Source: Antedon mediterranea (taxonomy: Eukaryota > Animalia > Echinodermata). Taken from it: DNA of 64,000 nt. The position numbers and the translations under genes were made by a program. A model generated the notes under the pieces. That model searched no databases, was not told the DNA's origin, and saw only the letters and a program-made list of their open reading frames with translations. Each line of letters starts with the position of its first letter. The stretch's first letter is position 1. The stretch lies in assembly GCF_964355755.1 (NCBI RefSeq), contig NC_092673.1, positions 25,727,648-25,791,647 on the forward strand. Reading direction: 5' to 3'. This document shows positions 1-14,900 of this stretch, piece by piece.

Positions 1-603
1 TAATTAAATAATTTGAAACGATAAAGATGAGGAAATCTATGAGAAGAGAAGATTCGAACCCGAAACCTTCTGCTTGATATGTCCTAACCATTAGATCAAT
101 ATTATATTATGTGTGTGTGTGTATGTGTTGACTCGTAAAAGCACAAGAAATTAATTAATATTATTTAGGATTTGTTTTCTACGCCATCATTAATTGTGTA
201 TTTTAGTTTCAATAATTGAAGATAATAATTTTCTTTGTACGACAATTAATCGTCAATTGTTTGTACTTAACTATTAATTTACCTTTTTTTTTTGCTTTCT
301 AATTTAAATTTAACTTTTGCTTTGAATAACTTCGTCACTTTATTGAAAACATGGTCTTTAATAAGAACAATAAATATCCGTTTGAAATATTAGTAACGCG
401 TACGCTGTCATTAAATTTACTTTTATACGACAGACTTGATCTTGAGAAACCACAACCCCACCAGGGAACTTGGTTTTCTTGTTTAATGGTACTTCCGAAA
501 CCATGTATTACTAGATATCTGGATGGTGTTATATCAAAATTAACATTTAACTTCCGGTTCATAGAAAATCTTATTTTTATTACATATTATAAAATCAATT
601 ACT

Positions 604-912
604 TAAAGATATATTGTCCCCCTAAAACAATGTTTTTTTTTCACATTTTTGTTGAATATAGCAGTTTAATGTCACATAATAGTCATTTAATTTGACCAAA
701 AACTGGATCACAAAAAAAAAAATATTTAGCTGAAAATAAAATTTAAAGCAAAAAATACCAGACAGCGGTTTTTGGTTAAAATTAAACACACCTTTGTCTT
801 TTTATAAGTGAAATAAATATAATAACTTTATTAAAACTGCAAAATGGCCAATTTAAAGTCTGATTTTATTAATCTCCAGTTTTCAAATTTTTTTGGGGAC
901 AATACATCTTAA
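604..912. mobile_element. TTAA-flanked MITE (AGAT.TATTGTCCCC TIR; Kolobok-like)
   Basis: ttaaAGATATATTGTCCCC...GGGGACAATACATCTtaa. Fragments at ~5690-5920, 8780-9050, 12110-12385, 12444-12740, 29655-29980 and 31048-31103. Confidence 0.65.
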
Positions 913-3088
913 TTATTTTGATTTTATTTAATTTGTGTTGATTTCTAAAACACGAGCGACGCTGTTGACAATTTCTCGTCAACCATAAATATCACCAATA
1001 ATTATTATCACTTGAAATGACAATAATATCCATATTCACTACTTAACAAGAAATATATTTTTAATTTAATTTGAAATACTAATTTGTTAAGTAATTTATT
1101 ACATGTTTAATGAATTAGAGAGACGGACGTTAACTCTAAAGCCATTAATGAGAAAAAATATTAAACGAGTTTGACAAAAGAAGTGTGATGTGCCTAAATA
1201 TTGTAGCGATATATGCCCAAATATGGTAGTGATATGAAATTATCATGTCCATATATATGGGCATATCAAATTTTTTGTCACATAAAGTTTGATAGTGTAA
1301 ACAGAGCTTAAGACTAGTATCTTTTATTCCGTTGACGGTAAGGAACGTTGTTAGTGAAACAGTGAAGCTACGTTCCTACTGCTAGAACGTTGACTAATGA
1401 CAAGCGACAGTTCAAATAATTCATCGCTTGTGATTGGTCAAATCCCTTGTGTTGCGCTTACTTACGTTCTTGCTTTACGTCCTTTGCAATTAAGCTTAAT
1501 CTTAGTTCCAACCAGGACGCAAAGCTTGGACGTATACGCAACTCTAGTAATTTGACCAATCACGAAGCGATGATCATCCGAACTTATCCGCTTGTGGTAA
1601 ACTCACTTGTGACGCAATTCGTGTGCATATTATGCAATTATTGATTATTAATTTATTTTAAATGTATCAATATTTAATTCAGGACACTCAAGCTATTGTT
1701 TGAAATAAGAATCATTTCTTAATCACATTATCTTTTATTCCTGAAATCATTAATTCAATGTGATAGCTTCTCGTGTCAGTATTAATTGATCGTGTCCGCC
1801 TTTCTTTCCGCAGACACGGGGTCACCCGGATGTCAACGGAGGCGATCCCTCTGTCCCTGACACAAAAAATTAATTTCATTTTAATTCCTATATTACTCAT
1901 TACTCGTCTACACCAATAACATGTGGAGTATATATTAATCATAACACTACTATGAGGATGTTTTCGTAATTGTATTTAGAAAGAAAATTTGGTCTATTTG
2001 TTTCTTCCGGTATGGATCGATTGATCGATTACATATTGATTTGTATGATTTTCTCTTCAGATATGGATCTATCTTCCGATATGGATCAATTTTGGTATTG
2101 ATCTGATCGGTATCTATCGGTTTACATATTGATTTGACTGCTTGTTATCTTCCAATAAGGAATAATCGATACATTTAGATAATAATCTGATTGATTTTTA
2201 TCTCCCGGTATCGACCACTTATTGATCTGAATATTATGTATCTTCCGATTTAATTATTGATCTGAATGTTATGTATCTTCCGATTTAATTAGTTGCAAAG
2301 GTTTATCATCTTTCCTTGTTTGTAACAGAACTCTAGTTAGTTGTTTTTTTGAATAAATACCATTTTGTTTTTATGTTTATAGCTTCTTCACTAAACATCG
2401 TAATGAGAATGAGTTTAGAAATAAATGATCAAATAACAAATAACATAACGTTCAGTCAGTTTTAATTCCACAATTTATTAACATCACCTCTTATGTCGTC
2501 ACATAGCAAAAGTTCCCTATATTAATTCAGCGCCATCCAATTAGTTTGGGGTATTAAACAGTTATGTCCCACCCCACTATACCATCAAGCCGAATAATAA
2601 TTCATAATTCAGGGAAGTAATATTATAATACAGTATTATCGTAAAACTATTTAGCATTTATCAGGATGCTTTATATCCGATAACCGGACAATTATTATAT
2701 TGCTAAATTTACCGCAACAGGAGATACATTGACTTTTATTTAAAACCCTGGCTCCGGGCATTAATGTCTTTAACATGTCCTCTTTTATGAATTATTTATT
2801 AAGTGTGTATTTATTTATGTATTCCTGTAAATTAATTTTTAATGTCATGTTCATCTTTAAAGATGTAACTTCACGACATAGATAATTTGATTAAAATTTT
2901 TTTAAATGTTAGATTGTATGAAATGGGACTTCTTATGCTTTTTGCAGTTATTTGTTCGTAGTTATATTAACATGAACTGTAGGGCCCAGCTGAGTAACGA
3001 TTTGGTTTGTACCTCGTTGTTAAAATGACAATAAATAATATCGTATCGTATCGTATGTAAATAAATGTAGGCTACGATAGAATAGATC

Positions 3089-3210
3089 ATCCACCTCTAG
3101 ACTATCACCCACCTCTTTGACAATCTGAGTATCACCCCACCTCGTAGACTATTACCCATCTCGTAGACTATCACCCACCTCTAAGACTATCACCCACCTC
3201 GTAGACTATT
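3089..3210. repeat. ~19-bp minisatellite
   Basis: 'cccacctcgtagactatca' about 6 times. Confidence 0.8.
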
Positions 3211-6200
3211 ATCATTGTAGTATTCCAGTCGTCATTTAACATGACTTATGAAGAAATAGCATTTTGTAATACCAGATCACGCTGAGGAACACTTTCAACG
3301 TTTATCTTTTCAATCAGAATGTATCTACCCTGATTTCATTTCATTTTTCTGTAACTCACCCCTCGTCAGATAGTCTGACATATTCTTATTGGTTGCTTTA
3401 CCCATGTGTTTTAAACTGCTATAAATACATATTTCAATTCTTTGCTTACACACCTGTCACAGAATAGGATGCCTTGTATAATAGAATAATTTGTTAGGCG
3501 ACATAACCATTTTACTCCTAGCCAGGGTCCTGCTTTCTACCCATCTCTAAAGAAAGACATATATATTACCGTGTGATTAGATAAATTTCTCATAGATTGA
3601 TTAAGTTACAAAACAATGTTAGAATATTATTTGACGTAAAGACCGCTTTGCGTAGTCTTAAGCACGGGGGTCGAGTAGATATTAATTTTCTCATGAAGAC
3701 GATATGCCTAATCATCGTAAGCTGATTTTATAGAGAATTGGGTGTTAGGTTTCGCTCCACACCAGTGGTCGACTTTCACCTCAAAATTCACTCCACATGG
3801 CTTAGCCAATAGGCTAATTGTCATCCTTATATATTCGGTTAATTTCTGTCGCTCTTTATTCTAAATTTGTTCGCTACCCAGCCGTGAATTCATTATAGTT
3901 AAAGACTATGTTACAGGTGTGCGCTATTTCTGTCGACCGAAAAGTAAACTTTATGTACTGTGTGTGATCCATGTATTTTGTTGTTCTTGTTTTCTTTCCT
4001 ATGTCGTTTTACACAATGATGACTCAACGGCTGACAGAGAAGCGTATGGTTTTAATTCACTACGCAGTTGATCTATCAAAGAACATGTACATAAACACGA
4101 TTTATATTGTTTCTATATTGGAACCCTAATGTGTGTCGGACTATCACAAGAGCACAACAAAATATCAAATTATTTTTAGTAAAACCATGAGTTAAAATTA
4201 TTCTGATCATTTGAGAATGAAAAGTCGAAAACATTGCTATTTTGTTCGTTAATTTATGCACGTTATTGTCTTTTAATGAAATCACACTCAATAGTGTGTT
4301 TATGCAAGGCAATCAAACCATTACTGATTGTCTTCTTGGTTTAAGAGGGAAGATGAATATGTTGAGATATGATGGCGCTAGAGTTTCATGTCTAAAACGC
4401 CTACCTGACATAGATTATGATGATGTCCCCCTACGTTTGTTATGGGGGCGGGGGGGGGGGGGTCTCTCTCACATTTTGACTGCAATCACCTCAAATTTGT
4501 ATAAAGTAGCAATTTTCTATGACTCGTGTTATACATGATACGCGTCGGAAACCCTGTTCTTGGAAGCTCTGCTCTCGTTGGTTTTCGCACGCAAATCCCG
4601 TGCGCCACGGTTAGGTACAGAAACACCAAAAGATCGTCTGATCAACAAGTGTCAAGTTTCATTGTTTTCTAAATAATCTTTTGCGTTTTTCTGTTTTTGT
4701 TGTTGTTTTTTTTTTTTGTATTTCATCAACAAAACTATTTTGGGATATGGTAGGCCTAACTGTGCCGCTCATGCAATTTAGCCATTATCAGTAACTTACC
4801 GGTACTGGTGGCGCTATTCAAATTCCAGTTAAAAATTGCAATATAAACATTATCCTTGGTTAGAGATACACAATGCATCTACTAACAAAATGACCTTTTT
4901 TTTATAATTTCAAAGGTTATAGATATCACTGTCATTTATAATTGATAGTAGTGTAATTAAATACTACCGTCTGAATGAGGATTATTACAAATTAATCATG
5001 ATATATGAATGGTTATACTAATTTGCACTATGATGATGAGGAACGTTGTTTTTACATTAAGTTTTCGCCTTCAGAGACATATAATAATTACGCTTGGTTT
5101 TAATGAGAATTAATCATTAATTTGATATTTCACCGTCGACACGAACTTCTAACTCTCTCTCTCTCGTATGTCGCGCGTCGCAATTGCATGTCGCGTCGCG
5201 TTAGTGTGAGAGGGCCTTCAGGATATTCGCCAATAAAAGCTTTGTTACCATTAAACTTGGTTCCCACTAGAACGTAACGCAAGGACGTAAACGCAACGCA
5301 AGTGTTTTAACCAATGACAACCGAAGTTATAGACAGTTAGCAATCACAAGCGAAAAAGCGATCGCTTGTGATTGGTCAATTCACTTTGCGTTGCGTTACG
5401 TCCTTGCGTTGCGTCGCTAGAGGGAACCACGCATTAGGACGCAACGCAAGGACGTAAGCGCAACGCAACGTAATTTGACCAATCACGACACGATGGCACA
5501 GATCATCCAAACTCTCGCTTGTAATTGGTCAACTCACCTGCGTGGCGGTTACGTTCTCGTTGCGTCCTAGAGTGAGAACTATAAGCTTTACACGAACATG
5601 TTGCGAACAGGAAATAGAATATGAGCATAACGTAATTCGGTTATGTGTTATATAATTATTATGATGTAATAGCAAGTAAGATAACCATTACAATTGTCTT
5701 CCTGAAAATAATTTTGTTTAATATTTTTGTTAAATAGGCCATTTTAATGTCACAAAAAAATAATCAAATTGACTGGATGGGTTTTGGTCGAATTAAACCG
5801 TTTATTTTGTCTTTTTACAAGTGAAAACATTTTTTTTTCTTTTTTTATTAAGTGATTAACTCAAAACTGTGAAATGGCCTATCCAAAATATTCAATATAT
5901 CTTTCATTAAGTTTATATTTCTTTCGTCATGAACATTTTTCTGTTAAATACAAATCTATAATATTCATTGACATTCTGTAGTTACTTTAATCTTCAATAT
6001 TAGATCTATGAATATGAAAAGCGGTCGATCGTTTATTCTGATAGGATGCCGTCACCGTAAAAATTATGTTACTTTTCAATTTAAGTAAGGTAGGCCTATT
6101 GAATGTAGACATACGAATCGTCCAGCTCATTTCATTTATTTGTTTTTATTTATTTATACTTAACGATCAAATAACAGTTTTCTCATCGCAATTGATGTAC

Positions 6201-7923
6201 AATAATTTTAAACTATGTTGTTTAAATCAATGTTCCAATAAACATATACATCATACATCGTACATTTCTATCCTAACAAACTATTAAACACTTTCTATTA
6301 ATAAAAAGTCAAAGAAAGTCAGGTTTCGAGTCCATTCTATAGTTGCCATAGATTGACTTCTTCATCAGTACTTCTATGAATGGATGGTTAGTTGAGAACA
6401 TGAATGCTAGTTGATCATACCCAGTACACTACGATCATTCGGGAAAACACCTCATACGACGATATGAGATAATCAGACGTCTTTTTTACTCGAGGTCCTG
6501 TGAGTTTCATCCGGCGAGCTATTAATTAAAGTGCTTCAGAACAGAGCAGTGAAACTGATTCTTTCTTCTGAGTAATTTTTTTTTTTTAATGTGTAAAATA
6601 ATACGCTTAGGAGGTTACTATTAGGCGTTATCATTATTAAATTTGATCGAATCCTAGTTTAATAAACTATAGAGGGCGACGTTGACATTATTAACAATCG
6701 TTAAAATAGAAACTCATAAGTTCATTTTATTTACAACCATTAATTTTCTTACTTTAATATTTGCGAAAAGAATTTTAAATTTATGGTCTGAAATAAAGCA
6801 TATAATTAAAAAGGAAAACAATCTATAACAAAAAAAAAATGAACCCTCCTAGGCTAAAATTGGCGGGATCTCGAAGCAGGTTGACCGCCACAGTCGCTGG
6901 AATTATGCTAAATTAGGTCACAATAAAGTCAATGCATGGCAAAGAATGTTAGCACTGGCCAATACTTTTCTGTTTCATACAGGGACCACATTGGAATTAA
7001 GTTGTTTTACTTTAAACGACTTTATGTGTTTTCCCGTGCATCGTCAGACTTCATTAATCCCGCCATTTTTATTTGCTTTTTTGATGTATTTTAATATTTA
7101 AGGTGATTATATATATTATTGATGTATTTTTAATGTTATGTATTGAGATGCCAAATAAATGAAAGAAAAAAAAATACAGTACCACCTACTTAATCGTCGT
7201 TATTTTTATCACCAAAATACAAAGATAGTGAAAATGGTTATTCATAAAGTATCACCATCGCCCTCTATGTGGCAAACGGAAGTCGCGTTACTTATTAATC
7301 GTCTGGTTCCCGTACTGCGTGTCATTACCTTATTGTTTACTAACATTATTTACATCATTGTTTACATGTTGCTAATCACCATTTATTGTGATTATCGTAA
7401 TATATATTTTGCTGTTTTTCCTCAGCAGACAAATAAAATGTTTAGAGGGCGCATGATGGCCGGAATATCGATATATCTATATTATTAGGAAGGATCAGAT
7501 AGGCTCAATAATGATTTAGTTTATAAACTTACCCAATAATAAAACTTTGTTGGAATAGCTAAGAAGCACAAGTAATAATTAATTAAAAGAGTGCTCTGAA
7601 AGTGTATGTCCTAAATGTTACCATCTGCCTACGTTTCTGCTATACGCTACACAGCTATTTGATTTTGCTCTTTAAAACCAATAGCCATGAGTTTTAAATT
7701 TGTGACGAAAATCATGGGGCATATGCATCCCGTCATTTTTCGAAGTCATCGTATCTGTAAATATATTTCGATTTTTTTACGACAACCCTACACACAAAAA
7801 GGTATGAACTTAGAGTCGACAAAATTAGGTCAATACCAAATACTAACTAGAGGGTACTCTGAGAGTACAAACCTCCGCCTACCGTAAGATTCCCCTACAT
7901 AAAATGTCCCCGGAAAAAATATA

Positions 7924-7954
<31 letters not shown>

Positions 7955-10275
7955 ATCTTTATACTGGGTGACCTCTTCAGTCAAAGACTGATCTCCCAGA
8001 GGGCCCAGTTGGTGATCAGTGGCTGTAATGTACTAATACACCGGGGTAAGTGTATGTATCCAGCCTCTCACAGTTGAGATCGTTGGTTCAAATCCCACTG
8101 AGGTTTTTTTTGTTATTATTATTTTTTTATTTATTTATATTTTTGTTTTTTGTGGACCTTGATCTTTGACCCTGACCTTTCAAAATGTAACCACAATTAT
8201 ATGATGAGTCATTGATCATTGTGGCTAAGTTTGGTGAGAATTGGATAATTTCTGTGGTCTCTAGGCAGTAAAATAGTTTTTTGTTAGTAGTGACCTAGAC
8301 CTATGACCTTTCTCCTCAAATTCAAACTCTCCGAGCTTTTGAGGCATAGATCATTGTGGCCAAATTTAATAATAGGTATAGGTAATAATACTTCCACATG
8401 GCGTCATACAGTAAGTTCTATGTCCTAGATCGTCGCAAAATCGAAAGCTCACAATTTCCGTGATAATCGCACAATTAAAGTAGTTGGATGGTTTAGCAAT
8501 AATTCAAATTAAAATTAATATGATGTATATTAATTTTCTACAAAATATAATCGTTATACCCATCACTGATCCGATTATCGGACACATGTCTCCTGACAAA
8601 AGTGTTTGACTGGATGCATGTGCTTTAGTTTCCAAATCGGAAGACCGAAAGTTTGAAATCAGTAGATGTCGTATATTTATTTTATAGTGAGGTAGATTAT
8701 TTAAAGAGGTCGGTAAAGTTAATATTTAGGTTTTAGATGTTAAGTGTGGATTAACCTGGTACGATCGCTTATAGGTGTAGTGTCCCTCTGAAAAAAAAAA
8801 ATTAGAATTTTTTTGTTGAATATGCCATTTTAATGTCACATAATAGTTATTCACTTTGACCAAAAATTGGATCGGAAAAAAAAATTGTTTCTTTGAATAA
8901 ATAGTCAAATTGGTTGCCAGGCAATGGGTTTTTGGTTGAATTTATCCTTTTCTTTCGTCATTTTGTAAGTGAAAACGTTATTTTTTTTTCTAAGGAAGTG
9001 ATTAACTATGTTCAAACTACAAAATGGCCTGTTCAACGTCTGATTTTATTAATTTATTATTATTATTAATTATTAATAAACAAAATCGCAGTTTATTGTT
9101 ATTAGACATGGAACTGTATGAGAACTTATTTAACAACATATTTATTCTGGATTAATACACAATCAGGTAAAAGAAAATCTGTTTTGCATTGTGGTCCTGT
9201 CTTAAATACAAAATAAATCGGAGAAAATGTTAGTTTTGTGAAAAAAAATTATATCGATATATAGCTTTGAATGAAGCAATTATTGGGGAATATTTAATTT
9301 CAGTTAGTAGTTTTATTCATATTTTAGCGCTTGCAACTTCGAATTAGATGCTTTCTCATATGTACTGTACTTTCGTGTTGATTTGAACTATATTGCCCTC
9401 AACATTAAAGGATAAGCAGAACATGTATTATAACTTAAATTTAAATAACATCGGATTAACGTCCGGAAACGAATTAGTTCAGAATAGACCTATATTTATA
9501 TGTCCGTGCCTTAGAGTAAAGGTTAGTGTTCTTTTGAGGCCTATTTGGGCTAATGACGCCCCGCCGAATGTCGATTGTAGTGTATTTGCAAAACCATTGT
9601 TGAAACATGTGCACATCTGATCTAAACAAAACCCTTCTAAACAATATCCGTACTATAATTGTGCGCGCGTGTGTGTGTGTATTGACCTATAAGATCACGT
9701 ACTTAGTAAAATGAAACTGGTCGATAAACAATATTATTGAACAAAAAATCCAAAATTAGACGTTTTCTCCATTAAAACGTTGAATAGTTGCTCTCAGTTG
9801 TATTATTGTATTCTTGTCCGTATTTGTCTAGTTATAGTTTGATAATTAAATATAGAATTCTGATAGAATAGGTAACCACAACAATACACGAAATAACGTC
9901 ACGGTACCTATAATGTTAGACTACTCAGTCCATTTATAGACAGTTTCCCTATATCCGGTTGTAACATACATGACCCTTAAAGTCAATGTCTATGCTAACT
10001 AACAACAAACGACGTAATTGTGGTTGATAGTAGATTAAATGATATATAATTAATTACTGTACTTTTCTGCTATCGCGTATTATTCTACCTTTGAAACACG
10101 TGGTTTCTTTTCTGGAAACACAAATAAATATGTTTTTTACATATACTGAATGTCAATTTCCAGCTGTGTTCTAAGTATTGTTGACGATCATCAAGACCAC
10201 TCTAATGGTAATAAAATTGTAAACAGGGTATACTGGTCTTTAGATACCATTTGAGATATTTGTTGTGATGTTGCT

Positions 10276-10347
10276 TATTAGTCGCGTGGAAGCGACTCTA
10301 TAGTTCACTTTTTCGGTCGGTTGGTCTGTCTGTCTGTCTGTCTGTCG

Positions 10348-10398
<51 letters not shown>

Positions 10399-10998
10399 GG
10401 TCCGGTATCACTATGCGTTTTATCGCTTTCTGACCTTATCTTGATATCAGTTTAATCTAGCTAAGTCAATTTTTCAAAGAATATTCCTTATGGCCAGGAA
10501 TCGATGTGGTTATGTTTTCACGGTGCGCAATAAAAAATTACGCGGTCTACGCACGATTTAACGAAATCACGTTTGTAATCATATCTTCACAACCATGAAT
10601 CACAATTAAATAAAATTTGGTACTCATAAATTTCAGGGCATAAATCATCATATGGCAATACAATTACGTGCGTAGCGCATGCGTACGCGCGCTTAAAATT
10701 TTCAAAATTTATTTTCGATGAAATAAGAGTACGTTTCAGGCAATTTTCTGTTTTCTTGACTTACTTTTCAACTCGAAATTACGTTATACGAGCACGTCAA
10801 AAGTGACAGGCTACGCACGTGTGAATTAAAAAAATATAAATGTTTTTAATCATTTCAACATTTTTAAACATGTTCAGTAATTTCGGTCAGTATAGTTCAC
10901 TATGTCGGTCGGTCTGTCTGTCGGTCTGTCGGTCTGTCTGTCGGTCCGGTATCACTATGCATTGTAGCACGCGACTTAATGGCTGTTGGCCTTGTTTT
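10276..10998 (+). mobile_element. Helentron/DINE-1-like non-autonomous element with (CTGT)n; short copy at 21556-21681
   Basis: Subterminal inverted repeat AGTCGCGTG...CACGCGACT, internal (TCTG/TCGG)n microsatellite, short 3' hairpin and T-rich flanks. Confidence 0.65.
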
Positions 10999-11189
10999 TT
11001 ATACAGTGCAAATGGGAATAAAATAAACGTTTTTAACCATTTCTTCGGCGAATTAATGAAATGTATTGATTAATGTAACTGAATATTTGATTATTAACAG
11101 GGTATCCCATTCTTACTGCATTAATTCGGATATTAATGAAGGTAATATATTTACATAAAAAGTACAATATTGTCAGCCATCCGCATCTC

Positions 11190-11380
11190 TATTGACTAGC
11201 CCTCACATCACTTCGACCACCCAAATTCCACACCTTCACATCCCTCGATCACCCATTCAGATCCCTTCGACCACTCAAATTCCTCAACCGCTCCTTCGTA
11301 TCTCGATCACCCCTTCACATCCCTCTAGCCAACTTCACATCCCTCTAACCCACTTCACATCTCTTCAACCACTCAACCTC
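11190..11380. repeat. Degenerate ~22-bp C-rich minisatellite
   Basis: 'cacatccctcgaccacccatt'-like units; explains the low-complexity ORF 11192-11383. Confidence 0.7.
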
Positions 11381-11855
11381 TGAGATACAAAACACGAATT
11401 TCGATTATAATGCTCTAGCTTTATTTTAAACTGAAATTTATTCCATATTCATAAAACAAAAATACATGGCGATACTTAATAATTAGAGCAACAAAATCGT
11501 TAAATAATAGAAACTATACATTATATTGTAAGTAATGACATTGTTCTAAGCCACGCGGTAAATAGGCCTTCATCACAATGATAAAACGCCTGTTTAAAAA
11601 CTATGAAGTTAAATATAATATATAAATAGTACATGTTTATTTAGAATGATCAGTCTATTTTTTTTATATGCAGGTGGGAATTATATTAGCAATAGGCCTA
11701 TATTTAAAACTGACTGTATTAATTTGGAAGACTATTTTGGATTTTCTTTTATATTCGTTGAAATATATCGTAACGATGGGCAGTAAGCAATTGAAAAGGA
11801 GTTGAAAAGTTTGTGGGATGCAAAATATGAACAATTATTATTATTATTATTATTA

Positions 11856-11889
<34 letters not shown>

Positions 11890-11938
11890 ACCTAATCGCA
11901 AACGTGCTGATGTGACTGTCATAAAAAGCAATATAAAT

Positions 11939-14900
11939 TTAAACGTCACCCATGCTAAAAACCGATTGAGCTTCCTTTAGGTACTCGTTATATTTCCCCA
12001 AAATTTCGAATTTTGCTTTCTTGAAATCGATTTGGCCCGCACCACCTGTCGTATGTGCCAATGGTGTGACTATCAATGGCTAATAAAAAAACAAAAGGTT
12101 TTTATCAATGGTTATTCACTCATAATGGTTGTTCACTTTGACAAAAAAATTGGATCAAAAAACAATTTATTTACCTGCAAAACTGTAATTTATGACAAAA
12201 GTAGTCAAACGGTCTGTCAGACGATGTGTTTTTGTTGAATTTAACTGTTTATTTTGTCATTTTATAAGTGAAAACATTATTTTTGGTAGTGATTAACTTT
12301 ATTGAAACTACAAAATGGCATATTCAAAGTCTGATTTTATTCATCTTCAATGTTCATGCTTTTTGGGGATAATACATCATTCTTTAAGCAAACATTGATT
12401 GAAAACAAAGGAAAAACAACTGAAAATAGATAATAGGCCTATATTTAAAGATGTATTGTCCCTTGAAACACAAAAAATGAAGGTCAAAATATTTTTAATT
12501 TAAATTGGCCATATCAAAATATTAACGTTATTAAATTTAAGTCGAAAATTCAAGGCAAAAAAAATAAGTTTACGTAATTAACAGGTAAATTAATTTGATT
12601 ACATTTCGTCTGAAAAATCGTCGTTGTTAAACAAAAAACGTCTGTATTTCATTTTTTTCGACTCATTTTTGGTGAATGTTAATAACTATTATGATACTTC
12701 AAAATGACCCACTTTTTTTAAAAATCTTTTATCTTTTTTGGAATTAGTTAAAAGAACAATACACCTTTAAAAGAAATTAATTTCAATTTAAGAAAGATCC
12801 CTTGAAACCGTACAATGCTACTTAGACATAATACCTTGGCAGGTAATTGGTTGCATGCATTTACTGACCGTGTGAGATGTTTTGTGTTAGTAATTAAATT
12901 TTTTAAGCGTGGGTTCCTACTACAAGCAAAGATTGTATAACAATCTTTACTACTAGGACATAGCGTAAGTAGTTTGATCAATCACAAACAACATTTCGAA
13001 TGACACGCCACCTGTGATTGGTTCAACTTACAGAGTGCAAAACTTACATTAGTCTGAAGCTTATCAATAATAATTTTTGTATCATCAATGATGTCTTGAA
13101 AATCTTGGCCGTGGTGGACAGTCGGATTGTCTTTTAAGACTTTGTAGAGTTCCAGTTCTATTGTCTTAAGTTGCTTCATGCAGCGATTGTAAAGTTCCAA
13201 GTTATTCATGACAGCTTCTAGTAAATATCGTTTTTCTCTATCCTGTTAATGAAATAAATAAGCACATACAATAAAAAAAAAAGGTAAAAAGAAAAACAAT
13301 GATTGGAGATGATAATGGGTGCTCGCATAGGAAAGGTATAGATGATGTTATAATGATATTGTTTGTGCTTTATCTTGTGCCTCTAAAATGTGTTTTAAAA
13401 ATAAGAAAATTAAAATTGTGTCTTAAAACAAGTTGTTGAATGTTATTCTTGGCAAAATAGCCCTGTATTATGCTTGATTTCTTGATGCCTCTAAGGCATA
13501 TGATATATGATGAGTAAATCACTGGACTCTTTAAAAAAAATTTTATTAAACAGAAAGATGCCAACCGCAATTGTACAAATGTTATCGTGTTGGGGAAGAT
13601 CCATCCCCCGATGGTTCTATGTAAGAAGCGGAGTGCGACAGGGCGGAATTATGTCTCCATTACTGTATAATGTTTTCATGATCTGAATGGAGCACTTAGT
13701 AGATGTGGTTACGGGTGTAGAACTTAAAATAATGTCCTAAATAATTGAAGTTATGCTGATGACATGACTATGATGTTGTATATAACGCAAAAACATATGT
13801 CTGTATGGTTATTTCTCCAAAGAAGAAACATGGTGAAGTGGTATCAAATATTATGCTAAATAATGATATATTATCTTACGTCAATAAAGTGACTTACCTA
13901 GAACATATTTTACGTAATAATTTAGATGATTCTAATGACATTATTCGCCAGTATCGAGCTCTTTACATTCGAGGTAACACTCGTAGTAGACGCTTTAGTA
14001 GATGTAATGAGAATGTTAAGTGTAATTTATTCAGGTCGTTTTTTACTAATCTGTACTGTTGTATGTTATGGTCTAACCACATTGTAAAAACGATAAAATC
14101 GCTGGAGGTGTGCTACAGCAACTCATTGAGAATGTTGCTAGGCTTACCTAAGCACTGACGTAGTGCTAGTAACATGTTTGTCACGAGGAGAATTCCCCTT
14201 TTCTACGAGCATGTACGCAAGTGCGTCTATGGTTTTAGATTAAGAGTTGTGAATAGTGAAAATGATCTGGTTAGGTGTACTACGAACTATATTGTTACGA
14301 TATTAAAATCTCTACGCTAAGTGGGAAAAAATCCTATTTTATTTTGATTTTCCGTTTTGTATTATTTTTTGTTGTAGACCCACAGTATATATGGAATATT
14401 TATTCTGAAATAAAGTGATCAAATCAAAAATTTATAATTAATAAATACCAGATCGATTGGTAGTCTAGTTGAAATTTCATTCTCTTGGGCATTGCCAATT
14501 GTCCCACCATTGTTAACCTGAAATAAAAATATAAAACTTAATGTCAAAAAATAACTAAACTATAATAATAACTAAAATAAATCCATATTATACATTATTT
14601 TATAATATAATATCTAAACAATTTAAATGACGAAACACGAATATTTAAATGGTTTCATAAAAGAGTGGGAATAATATGGGCTTTCTGTTATTACACTTAT
14701 TATAATGTTATCGATATTACACAAACAGTGTCATTTTTTTAGCATCTTTCAGTTAGTAAAATGTTTTTCCTAAATCGCAACCATTCTGTCAAAAGCTCTA
14801 CACTCTAACAATATATTTTAATTTAAGAGGTTTGGTTTTTTTTTTCTATTTACTGTAATGCCTAACATTTTCGCGGCCATACATTTTCGCGATTTTACAT

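Noticed and set aside
3685-3725. Second hammerhead-like motif (CTCATGAAGACGAT...ATCGTAAGCT)
   Set aside because: Both core boxes are mutated; too degenerate to call.
6310-6480. Possible further cytokine exon
   Set aside because: It resembles the inverted-repeat element arm at ~53190-53330, so it is a repeat fragment.
11749-11949. Poly-Ile hydrophobic ORF (also 20087-20272)
   Set aside because: Translation of (ATT)n microsatellites or LINE tails.
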